A stretch of 63,922 nt of DNA, the filler included, from Octopus bimaculoides (taxonomy: Eukaryota), in assembly GCF_001194135.2 (NCBI RefSeq). It is 7 parts of 7 records of this genome, joined end to end, with 100 filler letters (N's around TTAATTAATTAA, not from the genome) between each part and the next. Parts side by side here need not be neighbours in the genome. Positions count along the whole stretch, not along the records: positions 42,347 to 55,985 come from NC_069003.1; positions 56,086 to 60,459 come from NC_068981.1; positions 60,560 to 62,731 come from NW_026403976.1; 4 more parts are not named here. One strand, written 5' to 3'. Made by a program: the position numbers and the translations under genes. The notes under the pieces were generated by a model, which was not told where the DNA came from, ran no database searches, and saw nothing but the letters and a program-made list of their open reading frames with translations. Every line of letters starts with the position of its first letter. The first letter of the stretch is position 1. Of the stretch, positions 48,940-60,689 are shown one piece after another.

Positions 48940-49500
48940 CATATCATTAAAAAGTTCGTCCATATTTAAATATAGTTTCTCATTTAGTTTTAACACCCCA
49001 GCAATATCAACAAACTTTTTATCTGTTTCATTATGGAGATGGTTAGTAGCTCCTCCTTTTTTTTAATTCTTTGGCAGTCAACTCTGAAACTGGTAGATTT
49101 TTCTGCCAGCATTTGCTTCCTTTTCAGAACATTCTCAAATGATTCAATTGCTTTAAAAATAAACTTGAGGGGCCTTTAAGTCACAAGCAGCATTCTGAAA
49201 GCTTATAGTATGATCTTTGAGTTGCTTTCTCTCACAATAAATCTGAATAAGAACTTTATTCCAAAATTCAAGCAAAACTTGGAATTTGGTTTTGCTCAGC
49301 ATTACAGAAAAAATAGCCTCTAGTGTGGGCTCAGATCTGACTGGTCTGCCACTGATGTGATGTGATATTCTCATGGTATCAGCCTCAGGAGTAGTGCCAT
49401 GAACTGGGGAAGGAGATTTACAGAACTATTAGGGATTCAACTAAAGTACTTGATACAGTCAGCAGGTCAGATCTTTTTAAGGTCCTAGATAAAGATGGAC
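48940..49500 (-). pseudogene. Decayed hAT-family transposase fragment
   Basis: FQVLLEFWNKVLIQIYCERKQLKDHTISFQNAACDLK resembles the hAT pattern F...L..W..IL..IN.V.K.LQ.....L..A. It is followed by RKQMLAEK (~KKMPGE). Confidence 0.4.
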
Positions 49501-49650
49501 GTCCATCAACGTTGTTCAAGCTAGCTGTCTTCTCCCATTTATCTTTTTGTTTTAGATGCCTTTAAAGTTGTAAACAAATATAAACACCTTCTTGGTCATA
49601 CCCTAGATGTACTCTTTGATCCAGTGGCATGTCCAGGATATGACAGCTGG

Positions 49651-49685
<35 letters not shown>

Positions 49686-49686
49686 A

Positions 49687-49729
<43 letters not shown>

Positions 49730-49801
49730 CACCAACAGAAGGCTAGCAGTCATTTTCAGCTGAGAAGACTGGAGTAATATGATATGGAGTGTTTTGCTTA
49801 A

Positions 49802-50018
49802 CTCTTTACCATTCAGATAACTCTAAACATAATACATATTTATTCCCATTGCTTTGAATTAATCTGGCATTATCATGTTGCTTCAAGATTAATATAATGT
49901 GATTGTTTATTTTTAGAATTACATTGTAGGGCAGGTGTGAGAGGCTGGATCTGGCCTGTTTGAATATAAAACTAGTGAAATATTTGGGCCAGACATGGCC
50001 AGTTTAGATGCTGAAGAC
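49802..50018. mobile_element. piggyBac-type MITE
   Basis: TTAA at 49798-801 and 50019-22, with degenerate TIRs ctctttaccatt / gatgctgaagac. Confidence 0.55.
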
Positions 50019-50695
50019 TTAAGGTTACAATGTACTGTTTGGTCCAGGAATTGAACTCATGACATTATGATTGTGAGTTGAACATGTTACCCACTAAATC
50101 ATGTGTCTTCATATTTAAAATTGAACAGTTTTAAAATAAGAGATTTTGTATCAGAGAACCAACCAGAAGTGGATAAGGCACTTTGGTATCCAAAGGATCA
50201 AGTTCTTTGCTGATATAAGTCTAGAATAAAAGGAGATTCATAAAAGAGAAAATGAGAGCAAATAAGAATGGAAGAAGAAAAAAGGAGGAAGAATTTTTGA
50301 TAAATAAATAATTAAAAAAATATAAAAAGAAAACAATAAATCAAAGATACAAACAATATTATTTTAATATTTCATTATTACAAATAGTATTTATTACTTT
50401 AAAACATTAACCTGGCCCTTCAGTCAGCATTTATCTTGAATAGAGAAGATAAAAACAAAAACAACAGCAAAACAAAGACAAGAGGGGGGAAAAAGCAAAA
50501 AAAAAAAAAATTAAACAATGCGAACAAAAATAAACAATATTTTTTTATTGCCTAGTGTATACATAAAAAAAAATGTGAATAAATGAGTTGTCACATTATT
50601 CACTCATTAAGTTGTATTCAGTGAAAAATTAATTTTGAAAAATGTGCAAGTGTGTGTTTGCTAATAAAGTATTCTATATACATATGTTTCTATAT

Positions 50696-50736
<41 letters not shown>

Positions 50737-51260
50737 TACACACATACATATATAAGCATATATATATCTATATATATCTATATATGAATGTGTGCATGTG
50801 CAAAAATATTGCTTCCATTGAATTCGAAATTCACTTTTGACCAGCAGACAAAGGGAAAAAAATATGGCCAGTAGCATTTTGTGTTGCATTCATTTCTTTT
50901 TTTTACACATATATATATTCCTTTATTAAATTTATTTCATTTTTATAATCATTGTTTTCCTTTGTTTCTTTTCATTATTTATCAATTAAAAAAAAATTAT
51001 CCCTTGGAGCACGAGTACCNNNNNNNNNNNNNNNNNNNNNNNNNNNNNNNNNNNNNNNNNNNNNNNNNNNNNNNNNNNNNNNNNNNNNNNNNNNNNNNNN
51101 NNNNNNNNNNNNNNNNNNNNNNNNNNNNNNNNNNNNNNNNNNNNNNNNNNNNNNNNNNNNNNNNNNNNNNNNNNNNNNNNNNNNNNNNNNNNNNNNNNNN
51201 NNNNNNNNNNNNNNNNNNNNNNNNNNNNNNNNNNNNNNNNNNNNNNNNNNNNNNNNNNNN

Positions 51261-51297
<37 letters not shown>

Positions 51298-51477
51298 AAT
51301 AATAAATGAGTATATGCATATATATGTACATGTATGTACATACCTAATATATATATATATATATATGTAAAATAACTAGCAATGTAGATTTCTTCAGTCC
51401 CAGTTTGAATAATAAAACCGTTTCCTCTCTCTTCTCCCTTTCTCTTACAGTCATTCAATCCATGTATTTTATCTCAA

Positions 51478-51706
51478 CTCTTTTGATATCAAACTGCCCG
51501 AAACTGACCCTGGCCCTATGGTACAAACTTCCTGTTTTTAAAGTGATCTAAAATTAAGATCCTCTTTCATCAAAATTTTAGTTAATTTTATGTTTTAAAC
51601 TCTAGTTTAATAATGACAAAAGCCATTTTTCTAAATTCTTTGTTATTTTCAAAATTAATTGAGACAAAAGCTGAGTATTTCAACAGAAATATGGTAATAA
51701 TAAGAG
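51478..51706. mobile_element. piggyBac-type MITE family 2, copy 1
   Basis: Colinear with 52316-52538. Ends ...aagag|TTAA. Confidence 0.65.
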
Positions 51707-52012
51707 TTAAACTATTTTTTCTCTGCCAAATATTCAGCTATCCTATGTCTTTCTCCATTGGCACTGACCCCTATACCCCACCTCATTCACAATCCTCCCT
51801 CTCACTTAAAATATAAGGCAATTTCTAAGGAATTCCCTCTCATTGCCCATTCTTTTTCTTTTCCCTACCTGTCCTCACCATCTCCATATCAACTTATAGA
51901 TGGTTTTGCAAGTTGTACATCAGCTATACCCATCTCACCAGTCTTGCAAAGGCCTATGAAGGCCATGGTAGGTAGCCATCAACTCCTTTTCTTTCTGAAT
52001 AAAATCCTAAAC

Positions 52013-52309
52013 CAGGGCTGGCCAACCTGAGGCCTGCGGACTGCAGACTTTTATCTTGCGGCCTGCTTGATAGTTTCTTGAAATGGGTTTATTTAAACAA
52101 ACATATAAAAGATTGTAACGAAAAGTAAAAAAAGGAAGATATTGCTTTTGCAATGATAATATTTCATGTTGAATCAACTATCATTCATTCATTATTGTAA
52201 TAATAGCATGAGAAAGCAAAATGCTTTCAATTCTGTCAGTATACAAGTGGCCCTCAAAAAACTTTGTGATTCAAATGGCCGGCAATATAATTTGAATTGG
52301 CTAGGTCTG
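52013..52309. mobile_element. hAT (Charlie-like) MITE with perfect 8-bp TSD
   Basis: TSD TCCTAAAC at 52005-12 and 52310-17. TIRs cagggctggccaa / ttggctaggtctg. Confidence 0.9.
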
Positions 52310-52315
52310 TCCTAA

Positions 52316-52538
52316 ACCTTTTTGATACCAACTCACCTGATACTACCCTCTGGTTCTATGATACAAATTTCTTGTTTCAAAGTGATCTAAATAAACTTGC
52401 CATCATATTAGTCTATATTTCAAACATCGGCTTAATAATAATAGTAATGCTAAAGTTATTTGACTAAATTCTTTGTTATTTTCAAAATTAATTGAAACAA
52501 ATGTAGTAAATTTCAATAGAAATGTGGTAACGAAAGGG
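52316..52538. mobile_element. piggyBac-type MITE family 2, copy 2
   Basis: Ends gtaacgaaaggg|TTAA (52539-42). Its left end abuts the hAT TSD. Confidence 0.7.
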
Positions 52539-52909
52539 TTAAACCATCCAATCCTACCTAATCTCACTGAAAACATTAAGTATGTATCTTATATGGTTGC
52601 TTAATTTGAAGACAATTTCTCAAGGGGAATGAGGTCTTTTTTGTAAAGTAAAAGCTGTAACTATTTTGTACTTTAGCGATAGATATAAAAAAAAACAAAC
52701 CCAAAAGCCCATGAAATAAAGGGGAAAATTCAATTACATTGACCCTGAAAGGTGACAGTCAAAGTTGACTTCTGTGGGATTTGAACTCAGAAAGTAAAGA
52801 GATGGAAGAAATACTGCTAAACATTTTGTGCCATGTTCTAATAATTCTACCATCTTGCAGTCTTAAAAATAATAGGAAGGACCAACAAGAGTGCCTAATG
52901 ATTTATGTG

Positions 52910-53258
52910 GTAGTGCCAGGAGATTGACATATTGTCATGAAAAAAGAGAAAAAGTTGACAATTGAGATCACCAAGATGTGGTAGCTGCAAGACTCAAGCA
53001 TAAAGGTTGTTCCTGTTGTCTTCAGAGCATTAGGTTATCACCCAACCTGAAGAAACATCTGGATACTTTAGAAATACCCTACAATCTTGGTGTACTGCAA
53101 AACTCAGCTTTACTTTGAACTTCATGCATACTTTGTAGAGTATTGTCTGTCTGTTGTGACTTGACAGACAGTACAAACACCCAGTACATACAATATCTTC
53201 AATCTACAACATCACAATATTGGATACTGTGTATGACTTCTATAATAATAATAATAAT
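52910..53258 (+). mobile_element. R4/Dong-like RLE LINE 3' end with (AAT)n tail
   Basis: IEITKMW, IKVVPVVFRALG, NLKKHLDTLEIPYNLGVLQNSALL*TSCILCRVLS, then (AAT)n. Confidence 0.72.
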
Positions 53259-53469
53259 CCTTTTTACTGGAAGCACAAGGCCTGGAATTTGGGGGAGGGG
53301 GATTGTTGATTACATTAACTTCAGTACTCAACTGGTACTTATTTTATTGACCCCGAAAGGGTGAAAGGCAAAGTTAGCCTCAGCACAATTTGAACACAGA
53401 ACATGAAGATGGATGAAATACCACTAATCATTTCGCCTGGTGTGTTAATAATTCTGACAGCTTGCTGCC
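53259..53469 (-). mobile_element. SINE family B inserted in (AAT)n, heavily CpG-decayed
   Basis: Full-length reverse copy flanked by (AAT)n on both sides. Confidence 0.88.
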
Positions 53470-53479
53470 TTAATAATAA

Positions 53480-54770
53480 TAATAATAAAAACAGTTTCAA
53501 ATTTTGGCACAGGGCTAGTAATTTCAGCAGGAAGGCTTAGTCACTCACACTGACCCCAGTACTTGACTGATACTTTATTTTATATCCTTAGTGGTATTTG
53601 AACTCAATGTAAAGAACTAGAAGAAGTACTATTAAGCTTTTTGTCTAACACTCTAACTATTCACCAGCTTGTTGCCTTATTATTACCAAAGAGGCAGGCT
53701 GGCAAAATTGCTAGCATGCTGGAAAAACTACTTCATGGCATTTCTTCTGGCTCTATGTTCTGAGTTCAAATTCTTCTAAGGTCAACTTTGCCTTTCATCT
53801 TTTGAGGGCCAATGAAATAAATATCAGTTGAGCATTAGTGGTCAATGTAATTGACCAAAATTTCCCCAAAATTTCAGGCCTTGTGCCTATAGTAGAAAGA
53901 TTATTATTATTATTAATAATAATAATAATAATAATAATCCTATCTACTATAGGCACAAGGCCTGGAATTTGTGGGGAGGGGTATAATCAATTACATCAGC
54001 CCCAGTACTTGACTTGTACTTATTTTATTGACCCTGAAAGAATGAAAGGTAAAGTTGATCCCGGCGGGAATTTGAACTCAGAACATAAAGATGAATGAAA
54101 TACTGCTTAGCATTTTGCTTGGTGTGCTAACAATTCTGATTGCCACCAGGACAGAAATAGATTTTGTGGAGTGTGTGATTATATCAACTGCAGTAGTTGA
54201 TTGATACATAATTTTATTGACCCTTGAAAGAAGAATCAGATTTTCTCTGACACTAACAATTCTGGTAATTCACTGCACACATAACTGTTTCTACAACAGA
54301 TACAAGACCTGAAATTTTAAAAAGGGAATTAGTTAATTAAATTGGTCTCAATATTTGACAACATTATGTGGAATAGAAGTGTAAGAATAATGGCCATCTC
54401 AATCTGGTGGAAGAAGCTTGATACTCAATGTGCTGAACAGCAGAGGAAGACCTAAAGCTATACTATTTGACTGGTACTGTATCTTATCAACCCAGAAGGA
54501 AGAAAGAAGTTGGCTTCAGTGGGATTTGAACTCAGAATCTAAAGAGACAGAACAAAAACTATCAAGCATTATTCTGGAAATCTAATGATGCTGCCAATCC
54601 CCTGCACACACAATTATTTTTAAAACAGGTGCAAGGTCTAAAATTTTGGGAGAAGGGTTTGAGATTTATAGTGACCATGGAAGGCAAAGTTGGACTATAC
54701 AGTATTTGAACAGAACAAATATCAGAAACATTTTCCCCAAAATTGTAATAATTCTGCCACTCCATCAGCC
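53480..54770. mobile_element. Cluster of SINE-B copies and fragments (e.g. 53690-53905 +, 53939-54135 -)
   Basis: Repeated gaactcagaa, ttttattgacc and gcacaaggcc motifs separated by (AAT)/(ATT) runs. Confidence 0.75.
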
Positions 54771-54957
54771 TCGTAATTATTTAAAAAATAATCATGTTGA
54801 CCTTAGATGGATTTAGATTTTTAAATGTAAAATAGAAAATGGAATGAAACAATTGGGAGCAGCTGTCTGGATGCTGATGGTTTGGCATGACTGACTGGAC
54901 ATTCAACCTATTTTGGTGACAGCACATATTACTACTGGAGGCAAGCACACACACACG

Positions 54958-55290
54958 CAAGTGTGGCTGGGTGGTAAGAAGCTTGCCTTGCAACCACATG
55001 GTTCTGGGTTCAGTCCCACTGTGTGGTGCCTTGGGCAAGTGTTTTCTACAATAGCCTTTGGCCAACCAAAGCCCATTGTGTATATGTGTGTTTTTGTATC
55101 TGTGTTTGTCCTCTACCCCAACCAGACAACTGGTGTTGAAGTGTTTATGTCCTTGTAACTTAGTGGTTCAGCAAAAGAAACCAATACAATAAGTACTAGG
55201 CTTAAAATATAGGTCTTGGTATTGATTTGACTAAAACCTTTCAAGGCAGTGCCTCAGCATGACTGCAGTCAAATGACTGAAACTAGTAAA
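54958..55290 (+). mobile_element. SINE family A, full length, CpG-decayed
   Basis: Head, short TG linker and 3' module. ggttctggg, actgtgtgg and tagtggttcagc replace the CpG forms. Confidence 0.88.
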
Positions 55291-55317
55291 ACATAAATGA
55301 TAAAAATACAAGTAGAT

Positions 55318-55373
<56 letters not shown>

Positions 55374-55464
55374 TAAAACATATGTGATGTCAAATAATTC
55401 AGTGTTGAATCAGTGACATTAAAATGGCCGACAAAATCAATGAAACAAATGTTGGTTTCAAATT

Positions 55465-55645
55465 TTGGCCCAAAGTCAGCAAGTTGAAGGGAAGAGGTAA
55501 GTTGATTACATTGACCCCAGTGCTCAACTGGTACTTATTTTATTGACCTAAAAGGATGAAAGGCAAACTCAACCTTGGCAGAATTTGAACTCAGAATGTA
55601 AAGACATGAAATGTTGCTAAGTGTTTTACCTGGCATGCTAATGAT
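55465..55645 (-). mobile_element. SINE family B, CpG-decayed
   Basis: ttgaccccagtgctcaactggtacttattttattgacc...gaactcagaatgtaaagacatg...ctggcatgctaatgattc. Confidence 0.85.
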
Positions 55646-55938
55646 TCTTCCAGCTCACCACCTTACAGTGGAACAAATATTGTAAAGTATTTTGCCTGAT
55701 GTGCTAATGACCCTACCAATTACATATTAATTATTGATCAAAAAAATAAAAATGAAATCAAGATGAAGTCTCTGGAAAGAAAAGCCAAATATAAACTCAA
55801 TATTTATATTTATTCCATAATATCATTGTATATTTGGAAATAATACAACAATACAAGAACATGCATATATATCATTTCATATTCTGTGACTTTTTATCTT
55901 AGCCATATATTTATATATGTGTGAGTGTATGTGTGTAT

Positions 55939-55985
<47 letters not shown>

Positions 55986-56085
55986 NNNNNNNNNNNNNNN
56001 NNNNNNNNNNNNNNNNNNNNNNNNNNNNNTTAATTAATTAANNNNNNNNNNNNNNNNNNNNNNNNNNNNNNNNNNNNNNNNNNNN

Positions 56086-56936
56086 ATAGGTGGGTAAAGA
56101 AAGAATGCATGGTCAATTTCATAGAGATGTTGAAGATAAGACAGACAGAGAAAAAAGATGGCTGTGGATGACTAAAAGTGATTTAAAACCGGAAACAGAG
56201 GCTCTAATCTGTGCTGCCCAAGAGCAAGCACTAAGAACAAACTACATAAAATACAGAATAGACAACACAGCAGAAAGTGATAAGTGCAGAATCTGTGGAC
56301 AAAACGGTGAAACCGTATGGCATATTACCAGCCAATGTACGCTACTAGCCCAGAAGGAATATATAAGAGACGCCACGACAATATAGCCAGGCTTGTCCGT
56401 TGGACACTCTGCAACAAGTTTGGACTTGACAGAGCAAAAAATTGGTACGACCACAAACCTGAAGGCATCGTCGAAAATAGAAATGCAAAATCCTTTGGGA
56501 TTTTATAATTCAATGCGACCATGAGATAGAGAATAGTAAGCCGGACATAGTCTTAATTGAGAAAAAAAGAAAACTACGCTGGATCATAGATATAGCATGC
56601 CCAGCTGACAACAAGGTATGCGATAAGGAAGAAAGAAAAGTTGAGAGATATGACAGGTTAGCTTGGGAAGTTAAGCAGTTGTAGTCGATGAAAAAGGTAG
56701 CAGTAGTACCAATACTAGCCCTGGGAACAGTGAGCAAAATTCTCGAGAAGTACATGGAACAAATAGGGGCTGCAATAAGGGTGGAGCACTTGCAAAAAAC
56801 AGCACTGCTTGGAACTACTCGTATACTCAGGAAGGTACTCGAAAAATAAGAGGTGTTACCTTAGTTCACTGGTAGTGAACAGCTAACACTGTAGTGCACC
56901 TCCAGCGTTGGAAGCTGTGCAAAGGCAATAATAATG

Positions 56937-56997
<61 letters not shown>
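56086..56997 (+). mobile_element. R4/Dong-like RLE LINE 3' part with (AAT)n tail
   Basis: MHGQF, ETEALICAAQEQALRT, knuckle CRICGQNGETVWHITSQC (C-x2-C-x8-H-x4-C), RRHDN, KPDIV, IIDIACP and LGTTRILRKVLEK*. (AAT)n runs 56926-56997. Confidence 0.95.
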
Positions 56998-57000
<3 letters not shown>

Positions 57001-57049
57001 CATCGAAAAATACCTTAGGAATGAGAATCCAGGTTCGAAATTTCCCCAA

Positions 57050-57095
57050 GACACCTGATGAAGGCTGAAGGGTATATCAGCCGAAACGTTGTGTT
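57050..57095 (+). ncRNA. Minimal type I hammerhead ribozyme (Penelope-like terminal type)
   Basis: Stem I gacac/gtgtt, core CTGATGA plus A, stem II ggctga-agggtata-tcagcc, GAAA, palindromic stem III AC|GT with no loop, cleavage triplet GUU (57088-90). Confidence 0.8.
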
Positions 57096-57689
57096 AACAA
57101 GATGAGGACAACTATCCGTCAAATGTAAATAATGTAAATAATGTCTACAAAGAAGTTCTGTAATCATTTTGATATTATCGAAAGGAATATGATTCATAAT
57201 TTAAATAAGGAAATTTGTGAACTTTGAATAAGAGTATAAACAAGCGTAAAATAGTATAAACAACTAAAATAAAAGTATATCTAAATAACATTTTTTCCTT
57301 AATACTTTTTATGTAGTGTTCGCAGGAAGCTCTGGCTTTCATTAGGAGTGGTCCATATAACCATTCATGATACAGAGGCTTGCAGCTTATTTCAGTTCGG
57401 GAGTGAATCGTCATTACATGTCACTTAGTTGCAAACACATGTCATATAGCTGCAATAGAATGATGTATCACCAACAATAATGTGATTTCTCTAAGACATC
57501 ACCCAGTAATCTATCAAGTCCATTGACACATTTCTCTACACATACTGCTGTTATTACTTCCCTCCCTCATTTAATGTCTCCATCGTAGATGGGTAGATTT
57601 GCTAATATACATAATCAATACACAGAACAAATAAGCACACAATCAATCATAACAAGACGCACAATGTGATGTGAATATTTGTTCAAATC

Positions 57690-58080
57690 CTGTCCAAGCC
57701 AACTTTGCCTTTTACGCTTCTTGAGTTGATTAAGATACCAGTCGATGGCGATAAGTGGATGAACTTTTCAAAGTTTGAATGTGATGAGTTGAGACATCTA
57801 TATCTGTTTTGGATTTTTATGTTCAAGTTGTAACGGCTATGATGATACTAAGGACAAGATGTATCGGCCCTGCATCTTCCTTCCATAATGTCAGTGGTGT
57901 AAAGAGGGCATACTTTCTACTAGGCAACAGCTAGTCTTACATGAACATGTACTTAGAAGAAAATGACGAAAACTGTTGGTTTTTATGAACAGCTTTGTTT
58001 CTTGTGAGAGAGTTAGACATTATAGTAATTGGTGCGACTGAAAGAGTTTTACGACAAATGTTGAGAGAATTTAATTGTAA
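57690..58080 (+). pseudogene. Possible second-lineage Penelope-like RT relic
   Basis: RWR*VDELFKV (~W.RYVDD.F), ETSISVLDFYV (~E..I.FLD..V), and a later H...KR.IPF-like stretch. Very decayed. Confidence 0.3.
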
Positions 58081-60689
58081 TTAAAATAGAAATAGTATAG
58101 AAAAGTTCCTGCCAGTCATTGTGTTGCTATGAATAGTTCGAATGTTGAAAGTTAGCTCTGTGTTGGCGTCGGTAGTTCGTCTACGCAGCCGCTGCCCGTA
58201 TATCTTCACCATGTTGACTGTCAGTCGTCTCTGCTACAACCGAAGGCTCTGTGCTCTCTCAGAGCACTCTGGAAGCTCCCTTGGTCTTGGTCGCGAGTGT
58301 GTGTGTCATTTTCTACTTATTGAGAGGCTCAGGAAGTAAGGCATCAAGAGTGAGATTAGTCGCTGGAGCCTTATTCCACATGAAGTTGTGATTGGCCAGA
58401 CCCTGTTGATCATGTGCGCAATATTCTTTCCTAGTGAAGCTGCGATTGGTCAGATTCGCTGATCATGTGAGCGACATTTTCAGTGAATCATGACATTCGG
58501 GTAAATGCTGAATATCTGCTACAAATTTTTCCTAAACCTGCGCCCTGAAGAGACATTTTCCAGACGCAGATTATGGTCGACTCTAAATGATGGAGGTTTT
58601 CAAACAGGTGTATATGAATATTTACATGTTATTATTTTTAGCTTAATGTGCTTCGAGATCCACCAATCCNNNNNNNNNNNNNNNNNNNNNNNNNNNNNNN
58701 NNNNNNNNNNNNNNNNNNNNNNNNNNNNNNNNNNNNNNNNNNNNNNNNNNNNNNNNNNNNNNNNNNNNNNNNNNNNNNNNNNNNNNNNNNNNNNNNNNNN
58801 NNNNNNNNNNNNNNNNNNNNNNNNNNNNNNNNNNNNNNNNNNNNNNNNNNNNNNNNNNNNNNNNNNNNNNNNNNNNNNNNNNNNNNNNNNNNNNNNNNNN
58901 NNNNNNNNNNNNNNNNNNNNNNNNNNNNNNNNNNNNNNNNNNNNNNNNNNNNNNNNNNNNNNNNNNNNNNNNNNNNNNNNNNNNNNNNNNNNNNNNNNNN
59001 NNNNNNNNNNNNNNNNNNNNNNNNNNNNNNNNNNNNNNNNNNNNNNNNNNNNNNNNNNNNNNNNNNNNNNNNNNNNNNNNNNNNNNNNNNNNNNNNNNNN
59101 NNNNNNNNNNNNNNNNNNNNNNNNNNNNNNNNNNNNNNNNNNNNNNNNNNNNNNNNNNNNNNNNNNNNNNNNNNNNNNNNNNNNNNNNNNNNNNNNNNNN
59201 NNNNNNNNNNNNNNNNNNNNNNNNNNNNNNNNNNNNNNNNNNNNNNNNNNNNNNNNNNNNNNNNNNNNNNNNNNNNNNNNNNNNNNNNNNNNNNNNNNNN
59301 NNNNNNNNNNNNNNNNNNNNNNNNNNNNNNNNNNNNNNNNNNNNNNNNNNNNNNNNNNNNNNNNNNNNNNNNNNNNNNNNNNNNNNNNNNNNNNNNNNNN
59401 NNNNNNNNNNNNNNNNNNNNNNNNNNNNNNNNNNNNNNNNNNNNNNNNNNNNNNNNNNNNNNNNNNNNNNNNNNNNNNNNNNNNNNNNNNNNNNNNNNNN
59501 NNNNNNNNNNNNNNNNNNNNNNNNNNNNNNNNNNNNNNNNNNNNNNNNNNNNNNNNNNNNNNNNNNNNNNNNNNNNNNNNNNNNNNNNNNNNNNNNNNNN
59601 NNNNNNNNNNNNNNNNNNNNNNNNNGTGTGTGTGTGTGTGTGTGTGTGTGCGTGCGTTCGTTCGTACATGTGTGTATGTATGCGTATATGATGTTTTTGC
59701 TTTTCATTTCTTTCCCTGACAGTCCGTCTCCAGACATGTCTTGTAAATAACAAAAACAACCACCAATGTGGCTAAGTTAGTTATGTCAAAATAATACTGT
59801 GTCAGTGCACTCTAGTCTACGAAGGAAAGGGGAATAAAGTCGGGAGCACTTTAACGAAATGGCATGCTGTACTGGTCAAAGTGAACTGTAAACCGTGTAC
59901 TTTTAAATACAGCCAGAAAGTGCGCCCGTTCTCTTGCAGTGGCCATAGTCATGATTGTAGTCGTAGCTGTGGAAGTCGTCATCGTCGTCGTAGTCGCTGT
60001 AGTAGTTATGAGATTTCCCACATCCCTTCTTTAACAAGGGTTACTTTTTCATTTGGAATCGTCCAAAACAAACATTTGCAGCGCTATAGTGTGAGATGTA
60101 AGTAGTAAACGTGCGTTGGTATGTGTATGTGTGAGAGTGCGTAGTGGGGGAACTATAGGTGTTCTATAGAGAAGGATGTGTGTGTGTGTGTGTGTATGCG
60201 TGTGTGTATACGTGTGTGTGTGTACAATGTGCGGCAAAAAAATCTCCCAGATTCACCATTCTTTATAAACGACAACTTAGGATATATTTTGCGTGTGTGC
60301 TTGTGTGTGTGTGTGTGTGTGTGTCTGTGTGCGTGTGTGTCATATTATCTTTTTCTTGTTTCAGACTACGGCTATGATGCGGTCATAGTTAAAGTATGAA
60401 AGTGGACAAAAGCCCCATGGTTATATTTCTCGGTTATTTTTTCGTTTTGCTTTTCTTTTNNNNNNNNNNNNNNNNNNNNNNNNNNNNNNNNNNNNNNNNN
60501 NNNTTAATTAATTAANNNNNNNNNNNNNNNNNNNNNNNNNNNNNNNNNNNNNNNNNNNNTATATATATGCATATACGTGTACATATACGTCTCTTTCTCT
60601 CTCTTTCTTTCTCTCTCTCTGAAAGTATCTGTCATTACAGTATCGAAATATGATTATTTCAGTTAGTGGAATAACGTGTACATATATGT

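Noticed and set aside
50674-50889. Signal-peptide-like MLLAIFFSLCLLVK with nearby GTGAAT donor (-)
   Set aside because: Hydrophobic codons arise easily from T-rich DNA, and the nearest acceptor (~50435) gives stops in all frames.
51900-51967. Possible + strand exon (tatag|ATGG...CATG|gtaggt; frames WFCKLYISYTHLTSLAKAYEGH or GFASCTSAIPISPVLQRPMKAM)
   Set aside because: Splice signals are plausible but the peptide is unrecognised and has no partner exon. It is worth checking only if RNA-seq confirms a gene in this segment.
14740-56997. All six R4-like fragments on the + strand
   Set aside because: Three are one nested cluster and the rest are on separately oriented scaffold segments, so the observations are not independent.
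57150-57370. FDIIERNMIHNLNKEICEL resembling a Penelope GIY-YIG C-terminus
   Set aside because: The sequence is AT-rich and too decayed to support by eye. It needs an HMM search.
6898-59759. Many long ORFs in the supplied track
   Set aside because: They consist of N-gaps (X runs) or microsatellite translations such as HT, YI, SL and poly-E/R/V.
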